Shown: one piece after another, positions 19,031 through 29,315 of the stretch | Numbering within the stretch: the stretch's first letter is position 1 | Layout: each line of letters begins with the position of its first letter | Assembly: GCA_965261085.1 (NCBI GenBank) | Contig: OZ253442.1 | Location: 384,001 to 448,000, forward strand | From: a bacterium | Lineage (GTDB): Bacteria; UBA8248 | Length of the DNA stretch: 64,000 nucleotides | Reading direction: 5' to 3' | Program-made: the position numbers and the translations under genes | Notes under the pieces: generated by a model | Databases searched by the model: none | What the model saw: the letters and a program-made list of their open reading frames with translations, nothing else | What the model was told of the DNA's origin: nothing

Positions 19031-19285
19031 ATGAATGAGCATATTACCCGATCGGAAAAGCAGTTGGGAGCCGCCCTGCGCCGAGTCCGCAAGCAGTGTG
19101 GTCTCACACAGGCTGAACTCGGCGAAAAAATCCATATGCGCCAAGCCACCATCTCCAAGCTTGAGGGCGGCTCGTCGGCAAGCCGACTCCACACCCTCAT
19201 GGCGTCTCTCGCCGCTCTGGATCTGGAACTGGTCGTGCGTCCGCGCAGCCGGAGCGCGAGCGATGAGATTGAGGTGCTGTTCTGA
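19031..19285 (+). CDS. hipB: HipB-like XRE antitoxin
   Basis: HTH motif LTQAELGEKIHMRQATISKLE; lies upstream of hipA. Confidence 0.88.
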   Translation: MNEHITRSEKQLGAALRRVRKQCGLTQAELGEKIHMRQATISKLEGGSSASRLHTLMASLAALDLELVVRPRSRSASDEIEVLF

Positions 19286-20598
19286 TAGCCAGACGACGCG
19301 CCTACATACCGCTGGTCGTCTATATGAACAGCCGCCTTGTCGGGCGGTTGCGCAAGGCGCCGAGCGGAGCCATCGATTTTCGCTACGATGATAGTTGGCT
19401 CGCCTGGGAGAACGGTTTTCCGGTTTCACGCTCCTTGCCGCTGCGTGAAGACCCCTATGTCGGGGAACCTGTCGTCGCGGTGTTCGACAATCTGCTCCCC
19501 GATAACCCCGACATCCGCCGCAGGCTGGCCGAGCGCTCGAGCGCGGCGGACTCCGATGTATTCGGCCTGCTCAGCGCCGTCGGCCGCGATTGCGTCGGCG
19601 CTATGCAGTTGCTCCCGGAAGGAGAAGAGCCCGGTCCGGCCGGTTTGGTTAACGGATATGTCTTGAGTGACGACGAAATTGCCAAGAGACTCGCCAATCT
19701 GGGCAACAATCCGCTCGGCGTCAGCGAAGAGTTCCGCATTTCACTCGCGGGCGCACAGGAAAAGACCGCCCTGCTCTACTGGAAAAACGAGTGGCGCATC
19801 CCGCACGGCACGACGGCGACGACCCATATTCTCAAACCGCAAATCGGACGGCTCGCCAACGGCGTCGACCTATCGCTTTCCGTCGAGAACGAGCATCTTT
19901 GCATGCGACTCATCTCCATGCTCGGCATGCTTGTGGCCAACACCCGCATGGAGACGTTTGGTGAGAAGAAAACGCTGGTAGTGGAGCGTTTCGACCGGCT
20001 CTGGACAAAAGACGGACGCCTCCTGCGCCTGCCGCAGGAAGACTGCTGCCAGGCGCTTTCGGTGCCCTCGGCCAAAAAATACGAGAGCGACGACGGACCG
20101 GGGCTTCCCGATCTGCTCGACCTGTTCATGAGCAGCGATAAACCAGAACATGATCGAAAGATGATCATGAAGGCAGCCATCGCCTTCTGGCTCCTCGCCG
20201 CTACCGACGGCCATGCCAAGAACTTCAGCCTGTTCCTTCATCCGCGAGGCGGGTTTTCGTTGACGCCGCTCTATGACGTGATGTCGGTTCAGCCGAACTT
20301 CGATGCGCACCAACTTCAGCAACGCGAAATGAAGATGGCCATGGCAATCGGCGAAAAACGCCATTACGTCGTAAATGAGATTATGCCGCGCCATTTTCTG
20401 CAAACGGCGGCGGCCAGTGACATGGGCCAAAGCGTCGTCCGGGAGATATTCGAAGAGCTACTCGAACGAGGAGAGGCGGCGATCTCGAACGTGGGGGATG
20501 ATCTGCCGCCCAATTTCCCCGAACCGCTTTTACAAAGCGTTACAGAAGGTTTTCGCGGACGCCTCCGTCGACTGGAGCGTTGGACATCAGCTTCATGA
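19285..20598 (+). CDS. hipA: HipA Ser/Thr kinase toxin
   Basis: SLAGAQEK, HILKP, ENE, DGHAKNFS and PLYD motifs. The first ATG is at 19324, but the frame is open from ATA at 19285. Confidence 0.93.
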   Translation: MARRRAYIPLVVYMNSRLVGRLRKAPSGAIDFRYDDSWLAWENGFPVSRSLPLREDPYVGEPVVAVFDNLLPDNPDIRRRLAERSSAADSDVFGLLSAVGRDCVGAMQLLPEGEEPGPAGLVNGYVLSDDEIAKRLANLGNNPLGVSEEFRISLAGAQEKTALLYWKNEWRIPHGTTATTHILKPQIGRLANGVDLSLSVENEHLCMRLISMLGMLVANTRMETFGEKKTLVVERFDRLWTKDGRLLRLPQEDCCQALSVPSAKKYESDDGPGLPDLLDLFMSSDKPEHDRKMIMKAAIAFWLLAATDGHAKNFSLFLHPRGGFSLTPLYDVMSVQPNFDAHQLQQREMKMAMAIGEKRHYVVNEIMPRHFLQTAAASDMGQSVVREIFEELLERGEAAISNVGDDLPPNFPEPLLQSVTEGFRGRLRRLERWTSAS

Positions 20599-20644
20599 CG
20601 AAGCGCGAGCGCTGTACTCCTCACCCGAAATAGCGGACCACGCC

Positions 20645-22309
20645 CTACTTCTTCACCGCGTCCTTACGTCTCGGCTCGGGGAAGACGTCCTGATCGATAA
20701 TCACGTCGACGACGGCGGGGCCTTCTTCTTTGAGCGCCTGCGCGTAGACGTCCTCCAACTCTTCGGGGTCCTCCACCCGGTAGCCCGCTGCGCCGAAGAC
20801 GCGCGCGTACTCGTCGAACCTCGGGTTGCCGATGACGTCGGCGATGTAGCGCCCATCGTAGAAATGCTTCTGGTAGGCGCGCTCCGAACCCAGGTTGAAA
20901 TTGTTCAGGATGACGCAGACGGTCGGCAGGTTCTCGCGAATCGCAGTCTCGAGTTCCGCCCCGTTGCACAGGAACGCGCCGTCGCCGCTGATGGTGACGA
21001 CCTTCTGGTGCGGACGCGCCAGCTTGGCCCCCAGTCCCAGGGGATAGCCGATGCCGATGGCCGCCAGATCCTGGGGCGCCACGAAACTCCTGGCGCCGCC
21101 AAATCTCTGGTATTCATACACATAGCTCGCCGCGCTGCCCGCGTCGTTCGTGATGATGGTGTTCTCGGGCAGAACTCTTGCGAGGGCCATCTGCGCGCGC
21201 CTGGGATCAATTGGCTTTCCGCCGTACTCGAGCGCCCGCTCTCGGTGTTTTTCCTGCGCGGCGCGCACCGCCGCCGCCTCCGCGCGCCATGCGGGGCGTT
21301 TACCCCCTTCGCCCAACACACCGAGTACGGATCGTAACGCAAGGCCCGCCTCCGCGTTCATCCCCACCTCAGTGGCGAAGTTCCTGCCGATATTATGCGG
21401 GTCCATGGCGGCGTGAATGAGTTTGGCGCCCCCGAAGAAACCGGGCCGTAAAAACGTGGTCGAATGCGCGAGCCTGGTGCCGACGGCGAATACGACGTCC
21501 GCCGTCTCGAAAAGCTCCTGCGCCTCGGGCAGCGTGCCCCGGCCGATTGAGCCCAGGAACAGGGGATGCCCGTTCGGGGCCACGTCGTCCCTCCCCGTGG
21601 AGGTCATGATGGGCGCGTCGAGCGCTTCGGCGAGTGCGACGAGTTCATCGCTCGCCTCATCCCAGAGCACCCCGCCGCCGCCGATGAGCAGGGGCCGCTC
21701 GGCGGATTTCAGGAGCGCTACCGCCCGCGCGACAGCATCGGGGTCGGGTGCGAGCCGCGCACGCACCGGATGCGGCGGAGCGCCGTTATCGGAATAATCC
21801 GCCCTCTCGTTCAATACGTCACGCGGCAAGTCGATGTGTACGGGGCCGGGTACGCCTGACATCGCAACGTGATAGGCCTCGCGAATCACGTCGGCCGCGC
21901 GTTCTGGTTTTCTCACCTGAACCGACCATTTCACCATCGGGGCGAACATGGCGATCTGGTCGAGTTCCTGGGTGGATTCGCGAAAGGTGTCCTTCATCAT
22001 GGGAGCGCCGGTGATGACCAGCACCGGGCTTTGCGCCATCATCGAATGCGCCACGCCGGTGACGAGGTTCGTGGCCCCGGGGCCGTTCGTCGCCATGCAC
22101 ACGCCCACCTCTCCCGTGAGGCGCGCGAAGGCGTCCGCCATCAGGGCGGCGCTTTGCTCGTGACGCACCGTGAGGAAAGAAATGTCATCGCGGCCATACA
22201 TGCCGTCCAGTATCTCGATCATGCACGAACCCGCCATGCCGATTACGTGCTTCACCCCCAGTTTCGCCAGCGCATCCGCCACCGCGTGTCCAGCCGTCAT
22301 GGTCGCCAT
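20645..22309 (-). CDS. TPP-dependent enzyme, acetolactate-synthase-like family, resembling sulfoacetaldehyde acetyltransferase (Xsc)
   Basis: RHEQ, NGPGATN and GDGAF..NN motifs; Xsc-like GSERAYQKHFYDGRY. Confidence 0.8.
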   Translation of the reverse strand: MATMTAGHAVADALAKLGVKHVIGMAGSCMIEILDGMYGRDDISFLTVRHEQSAALMADAFARLTGEVGVCMATNGPGATNLVTGVAHSMMAQSPVLVITGAPMMKDTFRESTQELDQIAMFAPMVKWSVQVRKPERAADVIREAYHVAMSGVPGPVHIDLPRDVLNERADYSDNGAPPHPVRARLAPDPDAVARAVALLKSAERPLLIGGGGVLWDEASDELVALAEALDAPIMTSTGRDDVAPNGHPLFLGSIGRGTLPEAQELFETADVVFAVGTRLAHSTTFLRPGFFGGAKLIHAAMDPHNIGRNFATEVGMNAEAGLALRSVLGVLGEGGKRPAWRAEAAAVRAAQEKHRERALEYGGKPIDPRRAQMALARVLPENTIITNDAGSAASYVYEYQRFGGARSFVAPQDLAAIGIGYPLGLGAKLARPHQKVVTISGDGAFLCNGAELETAIRENLPTVCVILNNFNLGSERAYQKHFYDGRYIADVIGNPRFDEYARVFGAAGYRVEDPEELEDVYAQALKEEGPAVVDVIIDQDVFPEPRRKDAVKK

Positions 22310-22432
22310 CAATCCGTTCTCCTTAAAAAACGCCGAAGCGAGCGCGAGCCTTTGCGCTCCGTTTCTCTCCAATAATTTTTCTGTCCGTTGAGATTAGGCC
22401 CCGTGCGCGCGATTCGTCAAAGGCCTCAGGCG

Positions 22433-23161
22433 TTAGCCCACGTTTCCTTTCGCGTGTATGGCGTTGGCGATGAGGTTCACCGCATGGTCCGCATTCGCCT
22501 CGGGTCCGGCCGTCTCGGCGAAGCGGTAAAAACTCTTGGCCAGCCTCAAAGAATCACCGCCCAGGGCGGCCAAATCCGCGCAGAGACGCTCGGCTTCCGC
22601 ATCCAGCTCCGAGTCTGCGACCACGTGATTCACCATGCCGATGCGCCTGCCCTCTTCGGCGTCGATCTCACGGCCCGTGATGACCATCTCGAAACCGTGA
22701 CGCCGGTCCAGCTTTCTCGCCAGATGGCTGATGACCACCGTGGGCGGAAAGCCCTCCCTGATCTCGGGAAAGGCGATTCGCGCGGCACCAGAAGCCAGCA
22801 CGATGTCCGCACGGCTGATAAGGCCCGCCCCCGGCCCGTAGGCGCGGCCTCTTAAGGCCGCCACCGTTACGGCGGGAGAAAACTCCAGGGCGTCGTTCAT
22901 CCTCACGATTGCCCGGAAGCGCTCTCTTATTACGTTCACGGGCGGTAGTTGCGCGCCTCCGCGCACGCTCTCTCTCCCTGCGCAAAAATCCTCGCCCTCT
23001 CCGCTCAGCAGAACGACGTCGCATTCCTCGCCCGCCTGAAGGAGGGCTTCGGTGAGTTCTCCCATCATCTCGAACGTCAGGCGATTCGCGTGAGACCCAC
23101 GCGCGAGCGTGACGCGGCCAAGGGCGTTTTCCTTTTCATAGCGAACAAACTCCATTTTCAT
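22433..23161 (-). CDS. Enoyl-CoA hydratase/isomerase family protein
   Basis: DFCAG, FPEIREG and GMVNHVV motifs. Confidence 0.88.
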   Translation of the reverse strand: MKMEFVRYEKENALGRVTLARGSHANRLTFEMMGELTEALLQAGEECDVVLLSGEGEDFCAGRESVRGGAQLPPVNVIRERFRAIVRMNDALEFSPAVTVAALRGRAYGPGAGLISRADIVLASGAARIAFPEIREGFPPTVVISHLARKLDRRHGFEMVITGREIDAEEGRRIGMVNHVVADSELDAEAERLCADLAALGGDSLRLAKSFYRFAETAGPEANADHAVNLIANAIHAKGNVG

Positions 23162-23355
23162 CCCCCTGTAAGCAGAAGCCGGACCTCCCAAAATAACCAG
23201 GCGTCACCGGCAATATATCTTTGATCCCGAAATTTTCGGGATTATCGCCCGAAAACTTCCGAAAAGTAAAAACGAAAAAAGACTTGCAAAATTGTTCGTA
23301 ATTTGTTTGTATAAAAAATGTATTATTTTCGTAGAGTATATCCTAAGAGGGCCCG

Positions 23356-24735
23356 ATGGCTGTGACTACCCTTCCGCTCCGTCAAAACGAGACCGTCTAC
23401 GAAGCGCAGGTGGAGAGCATCGCCACCGGCGGGGCGGGCGTCGCGCGTCTTGACGGCCGCGCCGTCTTCATTCCCAAAACGGCCCCCGGAGACACCATCC
23501 GCTTCCGAATCGTAAAGGACAAGGGGAAGTATCTGCTCGGCGAGCTCACGAAAATCATCCAGGCGGGTCCGGCGCGAACCCCGCCCCCCTGCGCCCACTG
23601 GAGCGACTGCGGGGGATGCGCCCTGCAACACATCGAGCCCCCGGCCCAGATGGAGGCCAAGAAACGAATTTTCCTCGACACCCTCACCCGCATCGGAAAG
23701 ATCGAGCTGGGCGTTCCCGTACAAACCATTACGCTTCCTGAAAATGCGAACCGCTACCGCATGCGCGCGCGATTTCAGATACGAGGTTCCGGGATCGGCT
23801 TTTTCGCCCCGGGCGCACGGCGTCTGGCCGGAATCGAAGACTGTCTCCTGGTGGAGCCCTCCATCGCGAACGCCCTCCACCAGATCAGGCACTTGCTCCA
23901 GGCGGAGCCGAAAACGAGGAAAGTGGAAGCCGTGGAAATGACTTCTTTAGGATCAGAGGATGAGGCGTCCGTAGGCCTTTATCTCCATCCGGTGGGGCAT
24001 CGGGATCACAAAAACCGGAAAATCAATCGCCAGGCGTTCGACGCATGGGAAAAATTCGCCGGGGAAAACCGTTTTCCGCTGGCCGCAGCCGGTGGACGCG
24101 AACCCGGGGAGCCCCCCCGGTGGCAGGCGCGATATCGACCCGATATGGAGCATCCGGATTTGCCCTTATCCGTATCGCCCGAATCCTTCATTCAGCCCAA
24201 CCGGGCGCTCAATCAAATTCTCGTGAAGAACGTGATCGAAGAATCAGGGTTGAACGGCGAAGCCTGCGTTCTGGACCTCTATAGCGGAGCAGGGAATTTC
24301 TCCTTTCCCCTGGCGATGAGGGCCAAACACGTTCTGGGGATCGAGGAAAACCCCTACGCCGTCGCCGACGCCAACATGAACCGGGAGAAAATCGGGGTCG
24401 GCAACGTGGATTTTCTTTGCCGGACCGCCCAAAAGCTCACGAAAGACGAAATCGTCTCGAAACTCGGCGGCGAGACGCCCGACGTCGTCGTGCTCGACCC
24501 GCCCAGAAAAGGCGCGCTCGACGCCATGCCCCTGATATTAGGGCTCGCGCCCAGCCGGGTCGCCTACGTCTCCTGCAACCCGGCCACCTTCGCCCGCGAC
24601 GCCCGCGAACTCGCATTGAGCGGCTATCGCGCGCGGGCCGCTTATGTGTTCGACATGTTCCCCCATACCGCCCATCTGGAAATACTCACTTCGTGGACCC
24701 GGAAGAACACTTCCGGTCCGACCCAACGATCCTGA
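23356..24735 (+). CDS. rlmD: 23S rRNA m5U methyltransferase (RlmD/TrmA family)
   Basis: TRAM domain; CxxxxxCGGC, DLYSGAG, LDPPRKG, YVSCNPAT and DMFPHT motifs. Confidence 0.9.
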   Translation: MAVTTLPLRQNETVYEAQVESIATGGAGVARLDGRAVFIPKTAPGDTIRFRIVKDKGKYLLGELTKIIQAGPARTPPPCAHWSDCGGCALQHIEPPAQMEAKKRIFLDTLTRIGKIELGVPVQTITLPENANRYRMRARFQIRGSGIGFFAPGARRLAGIEDCLLVEPSIANALHQIRHLLQAEPKTRKVEAVEMTSLGSEDEASVGLYLHPVGHRDHKNRKINRQAFDAWEKFAGENRFPLAAAGGREPGEPPRWQARYRPDMEHPDLPLSVSPESFIQPNRALNQILVKNVIEESGLNGEACVLDLYSGAGNFSFPLAMRAKHVLGIEENPYAVADANMNREKIGVGNVDFLCRTAQKLTKDEIVSKLGGETPDVVVLDPPRKGALDAMPLILGLAPSRVAYVSCNPATFARDARELALSGYRARAAYVFDMFPHTAHLEILTSWTRKNTSGPTQRS

Positions 24736-24750
24736 AAAGGGAGGTCTCTC

Positions 24751-25368
24751 ATGTTCCTCACGCGAAGACAACGAGAAATTTACGAGCACATCAAGGAGTT
24801 CATCGGGGCGAACGGCTACGCGCCCTCCATCGTGGAGATCGGGAAACACTTTCACCTCACCTCGCCCGCCACGGTGCACAAGCACCTGCAGAACATCGCG
24901 GGAAAAGGCCTCATCAAGAGAAGCTGGAACAGGAGCCGGGCCATCGAACTCGTCCCGGGTTCCGACACCATCGCCGCGAGCGCCGAGCCGGCGCGGATGG
25001 AGCTTCCCCTGCGCGGCATGATCGCGGCGGGCATGCCGCTCGAAGCGGTAGAGGACACCGAGACCATCCCCCTTCCCTGGTCGTCGGGAGACGGCAACCT
25101 CTTTGTCCTCAAAGTGAAGGGCGATTCGATGATAGAGGATCATATTCAGGACGGGGACTACGTGATCGTGGAGAGCCGAAACAATGCGCTCAACGGGGAG
25201 ACCGTGGTGGCGCTCGTGAACGGAGAGTCCGCTACGCTCAAGCGGTTCTACAGAGAGGGCGCGCAAATCAGGCTCCAGCCCGCGAACGAGGCGATGGCGC
25301 CCATCATGGTGAACGAAGAAGACTTGGCCGTTCAGGGCGTCGTCGTGGGCGTGCTCAGAAAGTATTGA
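24751..25368 (+). CDS. lexA: SOS repressor LexA
   Basis: LTRRQ, SPATVHKHL, IAAG cleavage site, GDSM and TLKR motifs. Confidence 0.96.
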   Translation: MFLTRRQREIYEHIKEFIGANGYAPSIVEIGKHFHLTSPATVHKHLQNIAGKGLIKRSWNRSRAIELVPGSDTIAASAEPARMELPLRGMIAAGMPLEAVEDTETIPLPWSSGDGNLFVLKVKGDSMIEDHIQDGDYVIVESRNNALNGETVVALVNGESATLKRFYREGAQIRLQPANEAMAPIMVNEEDLAVQGVVVGVLRKY

Positions 25369-25393
25369 CGCCGCCGCGTCTCCTGAGAGAGGG

Positions 25394-26623
25394 ATGGGCA
25401 TGCCGCAGCGCCCAGAAGAGATATCGCCGGAGCCGCCGCTCGAGGTAAGGCTCATCGCGCACGTGGACATGGACGCTTTTTTCGTGTCCGTGGAGCGCAT
25501 GGGCCGGCCCGACCTCGAGGAGAAGCCCGTCATCGTCGGCGGCAGCGTGGGGCGTCGCGGCGTGGTCTCCGCCGCTTCTTATGAGGCGAGAACCTTTGGC
25601 GTCCACTCGGCCATGCCCATGGCCCGCGCCCGCTCGCTGTGCCCCCACGCCGTCTACATCGAGGCGAACCACAAGAAATACGGAGAAGCCTCCAAACGGG
25701 TGATGAAGATATTAGGCGACTTCACGCCCGCGGTGCAGGCAGTCTCCGTGGATGAGGCGTATCTCGATTTGAGCGGCACCGAACGCTTACACGGCCCCCC
25801 GCTTCAGACGGCGGCGAGAATCAGAGAAACCGTTTTGCGCGAGACGAACTGCTCGGCCTCCATCGGGCTGGCGTCGAGCCGCCTGGTGTCGAAAATAGCG
25901 TCCGCGCTTTCGAAACCCGCCGGCATCCTGCGCGTCTACCCGGGCGGAGAGGCGGCCTTTCTGCGTCCCTTGAAGGTGAGCAAAATCCCGGGCGTCGGCA
26001 AGGTGATGGTCGAGAAACTGAATCGCCTGGGCATCTGGAGCATCGGCGACCTTAGCCATCAGTCGCTGCCTTTTTTAGAGGCGCAGTTCAAGAATCTGGG
26101 CCCCGAGCTCTACCGCAAGGCGAGAGGGCTGGATGATTCCGAACTCGTGCTCGAAAGCCGGCCCAAGAGCATCGGCAAGGAAACCACCTTCGCAGAGGAC
26201 ACCTCAGAGCGCGCTGAGCTTGAAGCCATTCTCACGGGATTGGCCGAAGAAGCGAGCGCGCGCGTGCGCCGCCGGGGCCTGTGCGCGAGGCATATCACCC
26301 TCAAAATCCGGTTTTCCGATTTCACGACGCTCACGCGCTCGTTCACGCTCGAAAAACCCACCCATCTGGATAAGGAAATCATCGAACCGGCACTCAAACT
26401 CCTCCGGCGCACATGCCGGAAAGAGGGCAGGAACCGGAAATTCCGCTTGCTGGGGGTCTACCTATCAGGACTCGATGAGGCGCGCGCGCAGCCGCTGCTG
26501 ATCGAGGATCAAGACCGCGAGAAGGAAGAGCGCCTCGTGGAGAGCCTTGATGAGATTCGCGAGCGCTTCGGCCACGAGGCCGTCTTCGCGCGCAAGAGCG
26601 TGGAGCGAATCAAGAAACCCTAG
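25394..26623 (+). CDS. dinB: DNA polymerase IV
   Basis: HVDMDAFF, SYEAR and SVDEAYLD motifs. Confidence 0.95.
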   Translation: MGMPQRPEEISPEPPLEVRLIAHVDMDAFFVSVERMGRPDLEEKPVIVGGSVGRRGVVSAASYEARTFGVHSAMPMARARSLCPHAVYIEANHKKYGEASKRVMKILGDFTPAVQAVSVDEAYLDLSGTERLHGPPLQTAARIRETVLRETNCSASIGLASSRLVSKIASALSKPAGILRVYPGGEAAFLRPLKVSKIPGVGKVMVEKLNRLGIWSIGDLSHQSLPFLEAQFKNLGPELYRKARGLDDSELVLESRPKSIGKETTFAEDTSERAELEAILTGLAEEASARVRRRGLCARHITLKIRFSDFTTLTRSFTLEKPTHLDKEIIEPALKLLRRTCRKEGRNRKFRLLGVYLSGLDEARAQPLLIEDQDREKEERLVESLDEIRERFGHEAVFARKSVERIKKP

Positions 26624-27534
26624 AGGCGGCTCAGGACCAGAATCGTCCCCACCACCGTCATCGCCGCGCCCAGCACGAGCCTGCCCGTGATGTTCTCGCT
26701 CTCCCGCAGGAACAGGTGAGAAACCATGATCACCAGAAGCGGCTGGATCGACGTGATGGAGGTGACGCCCACCGCGTAGGTGCGCGCCATGGCGTTGCTG
26801 AACGAGGGCACCGCTATCGTCTGGAAGACGGCGGCGATGAGCATCCACTTCCAGCTCGCCCGGGGGATTCTTCCTTCCGTCTCCTTGTGCGCGAAGCCGA
26901 CCGCCACCACCCAGGCGAAGACGAGTCCTATCCATATCAGTATCGCCGATGCGGCCAGCGGGTTCATGTCGAGCGTGATGCTTCTCACCATGACGCCCGA
27001 CACGCTCCAGTTCAGCGTGGTCAGGCCCGCCGAGATGTAGCCCTTGACGATGTCTTTTTGCGTGAGGCCCGCTTCGGGGTTCGCCTGCGCCGGTTCGGAG
27101 CGCACCACTATGGTGAGCCCCAGGATCAGGAACAAGAGCCCCAGGATGATGGGAAGCGTGAACGGCTCGCCCAGGAATATGGAGGCCAATATCGCGGTGA
27201 CGGCGGGCGTGCTCGCCGCGATGGGAATCGTGCGGCTCGGCCCGATGCGCCTGATGGCGTAATAGTAGGTGAGCCTCGAGATGGTGATCATGAAAAAGGC
27301 GGTGATCGGCAGCAGTATCCACGTTCTCGTCGACCCGGGCTGAAAGGCCGAGGCCGGCAGGGTGAAGAAGATCAGCACGGCGACGAACACGCCGTTCAGC
27401 GTCGAAATGGCGGCGGTCGTCCTTAGGAGCGGCGCGTTCTTCATCGCCAGGCGCACGCAAAAAGACAGGCTCGTCCAGCTCAGGAGCGCCGAGGCGGCGA
27501 ACAGCAGGCCCACGGCATGGGTGGATAGATTCAT
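26620..27534 (-). CDS. DMT/EamA transporter
   Basis: About 10 TM segments; IFLGE and FLRESE motifs. Confidence 0.85.
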   Translation of the reverse strand: MNLSTHAVGLLFAASALLSWTSLSFCVRLAMKNAPLLRTTAAISTLNGVFVAVLIFFTLPASAFQPGSTRTWILLPITAFFMITISRLTYYYAIRRIGPSRTIPIAASTPAVTAILASIFLGEPFTLPIILGLLFLILGLTIVVRSEPAQANPEAGLTQKDIVKGYISAGLTTLNWSVSGVMVRSITLDMNPLAASAILIWIGLVFAWVVAVGFAHKETEGRIPRASWKWMLIAAVFQTIAVPSFSNAMARTYAVGVTSITSIQPLLVIMVSHLFLRESENITGRLVLGAAMTVVGTILVLSRL

Positions 27535-27577
27535 AACCGCTTTCTAGGAGTTCGTAAATTTTTGCCGGACAGCCCCG

Positions 27578-28036
27578 CTACCCGGGCCGCTTCAGCGTCC
27601 AGTTATCCGTGACGGACGTCGCCGCGCTCATGAACAGATACAGGATGCACCCCGCGCGAAACTTCTCCTTCACCTCTTCGAGCTGCTCGGCGGAGCCCGC
27701 CGAGGTTACATGAACATCCAGTTCCACGCCGGTGACGCCCCCGTTTTCGGCATGGGGGTCGCCGGGCGCGAAACGCTCCATCGTGAGTCTTCCTTCGATC
27801 GCGCAATCATCGATCGGCATGCCGACTTCTTTCGCAAAAATCTCCACGTGCGCCGCGCCGCAGCCCGTCAGCGCGCCGAGCATGTACTCGGCGGGGGTGG
27901 GATGCTCGAACAGCCCGCCGCGCTCTACCGGTTCGTCGCTTGCGAACTCGGGGCAATCGCGCGCCTGTATCCGCGCGCGCAAATCCCCCATCCATTGCGC
28001 GTTAGCGACACGGGTCACGGTATTCTGCTCGGCCAT
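27578..28036 (-). CDS. OsmC/Ohr family protein
   Basis: SDEP..RGG, PTPAEYMLGALTGC and a second Cys. Confidence 0.85.
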   Translation of the reverse strand: MAEQNTVTRVANAQWMGDLRARIQARDCPEFASDEPVERGGLFEHPTPAEYMLGALTGCGAAHVEIFAKEVGMPIDDCAIEGRLTMERFAPGDPHAENGGVTGVELDVHVTSAGSAEQLEEVKEKFRAGCILYLFMSAATSVTDNWTLKRPG

Positions 28037-28131
28037 CTCGACTCCCTCTTTGAATGAAAATGATTCAGCTTTCAGCCTACTACATCACTTCTTCACCGCG
28101 CTATGCGGATCGGGCGAAGCCGCAAACCCCT

Positions 28132-29259
28132 TCACTGGTCCTCCATCGCGCTCAGGACGGCGGATATGAAACCCAAAAATCGCGCGCCACCCAGAATCTT
28201 GGCGAGAGAAAAAACATCCGCCTCGATGCCCACGTGGCGAAAACCACCGAAGACGAAGGATGACACTGCTTCCTCAGAGCTCTCCCGCGCACGATTCGCC
28301 AGCAAGATGCTCTCAGACGCCGGGATGAAGGGATCCTCACGCCCGTGCAGAAAAAATTTCTTCCCCCCGACCTTGGGAACGACGTCGCGCATCCCCCAAC
28401 CCCGCAGGCGTTCGCGCTGTGCGGCTCCTTGCCGCGCATAAAGCGCCTCGAAACGTTCGTTCGACTTGTTCTCCATCAAGGCGAAGATCGCGCGCGCGTT
28501 CCCCGGCAAGCCCGCGAGCAAATCGCCTATTTCCGCCGCTTCGTCTTTCCGCTTTCTCGAAACGATCGCGTCGATGCGATCCCGATGGGCTTCCAAACCC
28601 AAAAGGTTCGTGTTGTAGCGCAAGAAGAGCCATTTTCCGTGGCGAATGGGCAGCCCCCCGGGGAAGGCGGGCCGGCTCTGCCCGCCGCTTGTGGTGAGGT
28701 GTCTCAGCACGTTTTTGAGATCATAATAGGCGCCCACGCCGATGAACGCGGCCATCTTCTGACCCACCGCCGGCCTTGCCGCCGCGCGAAGGGCCGGGCC
28801 GGCGGCGAAGGAAAACGCCAGAAGGCTGCACTTTTCGAAAGAACCCGCGCCGCCTCGCGTCATCCACGAGAATGCTTTCGCGATGCGCACAACGTCCGCT
28901 TCATCGGGGCGAAACCGCTTCATGCCGGGCAAATCAGGAACGAGCGCCGCAAACCCGAGCCTCGCAAGCGATTGCGCGAACGCCACCAGCCGATGATCCG
29001 CCTTGCCCATCGTACTCATTCCGTGCACGAGGACGACGCACCCGCGCGCGAGCGCATCGCCCCAGTGGAGGGAATCACGCGGCGAATAGGAATCCGCCAA
29101 AACTCCATCGAACGAAATCTCGGCTCTTACCGGCTTATTCGTGAGAAGCGAGAGCCAGCCGCCGCTCCGCCCGTCGAGCAGCGCCTGGGCCAGCAGGAGG
29201 GAATCCACCGGGTGACGAAGCCTCGGGGATAAGCGCGATGCGACGAACAACAGGCTCAA
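28132..29259 (-). CDS. Putative alpha/beta hydrolase
   Basis: VLVHG, AFSFAAG, HGREDPFIP and FRH motifs. The start may lie about 60 bp further upstream. Confidence 0.65.
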   Translation of the reverse strand: MSLLFVASRLSPRLRHPVDSLLLAQALLDGRSGGWLSLLTNKPVRAEISFDGVLADSYSPRDSLHWGDALARGCVVLVHGMSTMGKADHRLVAFAQSLARLGFAALVPDLPGMKRFRPDEADVVRIAKAFSWMTRGGAGSFEKCSLLAFSFAAGPALRAAARPAVGQKMAAFIGVGAYYDLKNVLRHLTTSGGQSRPAFPGGLPIRHGKWLFLRYNTNLLGLEAHRDRIDAIVSRKRKDEAAEIGDLLAGLPGNARAIFALMENKSNERFEALYARQGAAQRERLRGWGMRDVVPKVGGKKFFLHGREDPFIPASESILLANRARESSEEAVSSFVFGGFRHVGIEADVFSLAKILGGARFLGFISAVLSAMEDQ

Positions 29260-29315
29260 GAGTAACGAAGCGACCAGCGCAAGGCGCCGAAGAGTGACGA
29301 GCCGCCTGAAGATAT

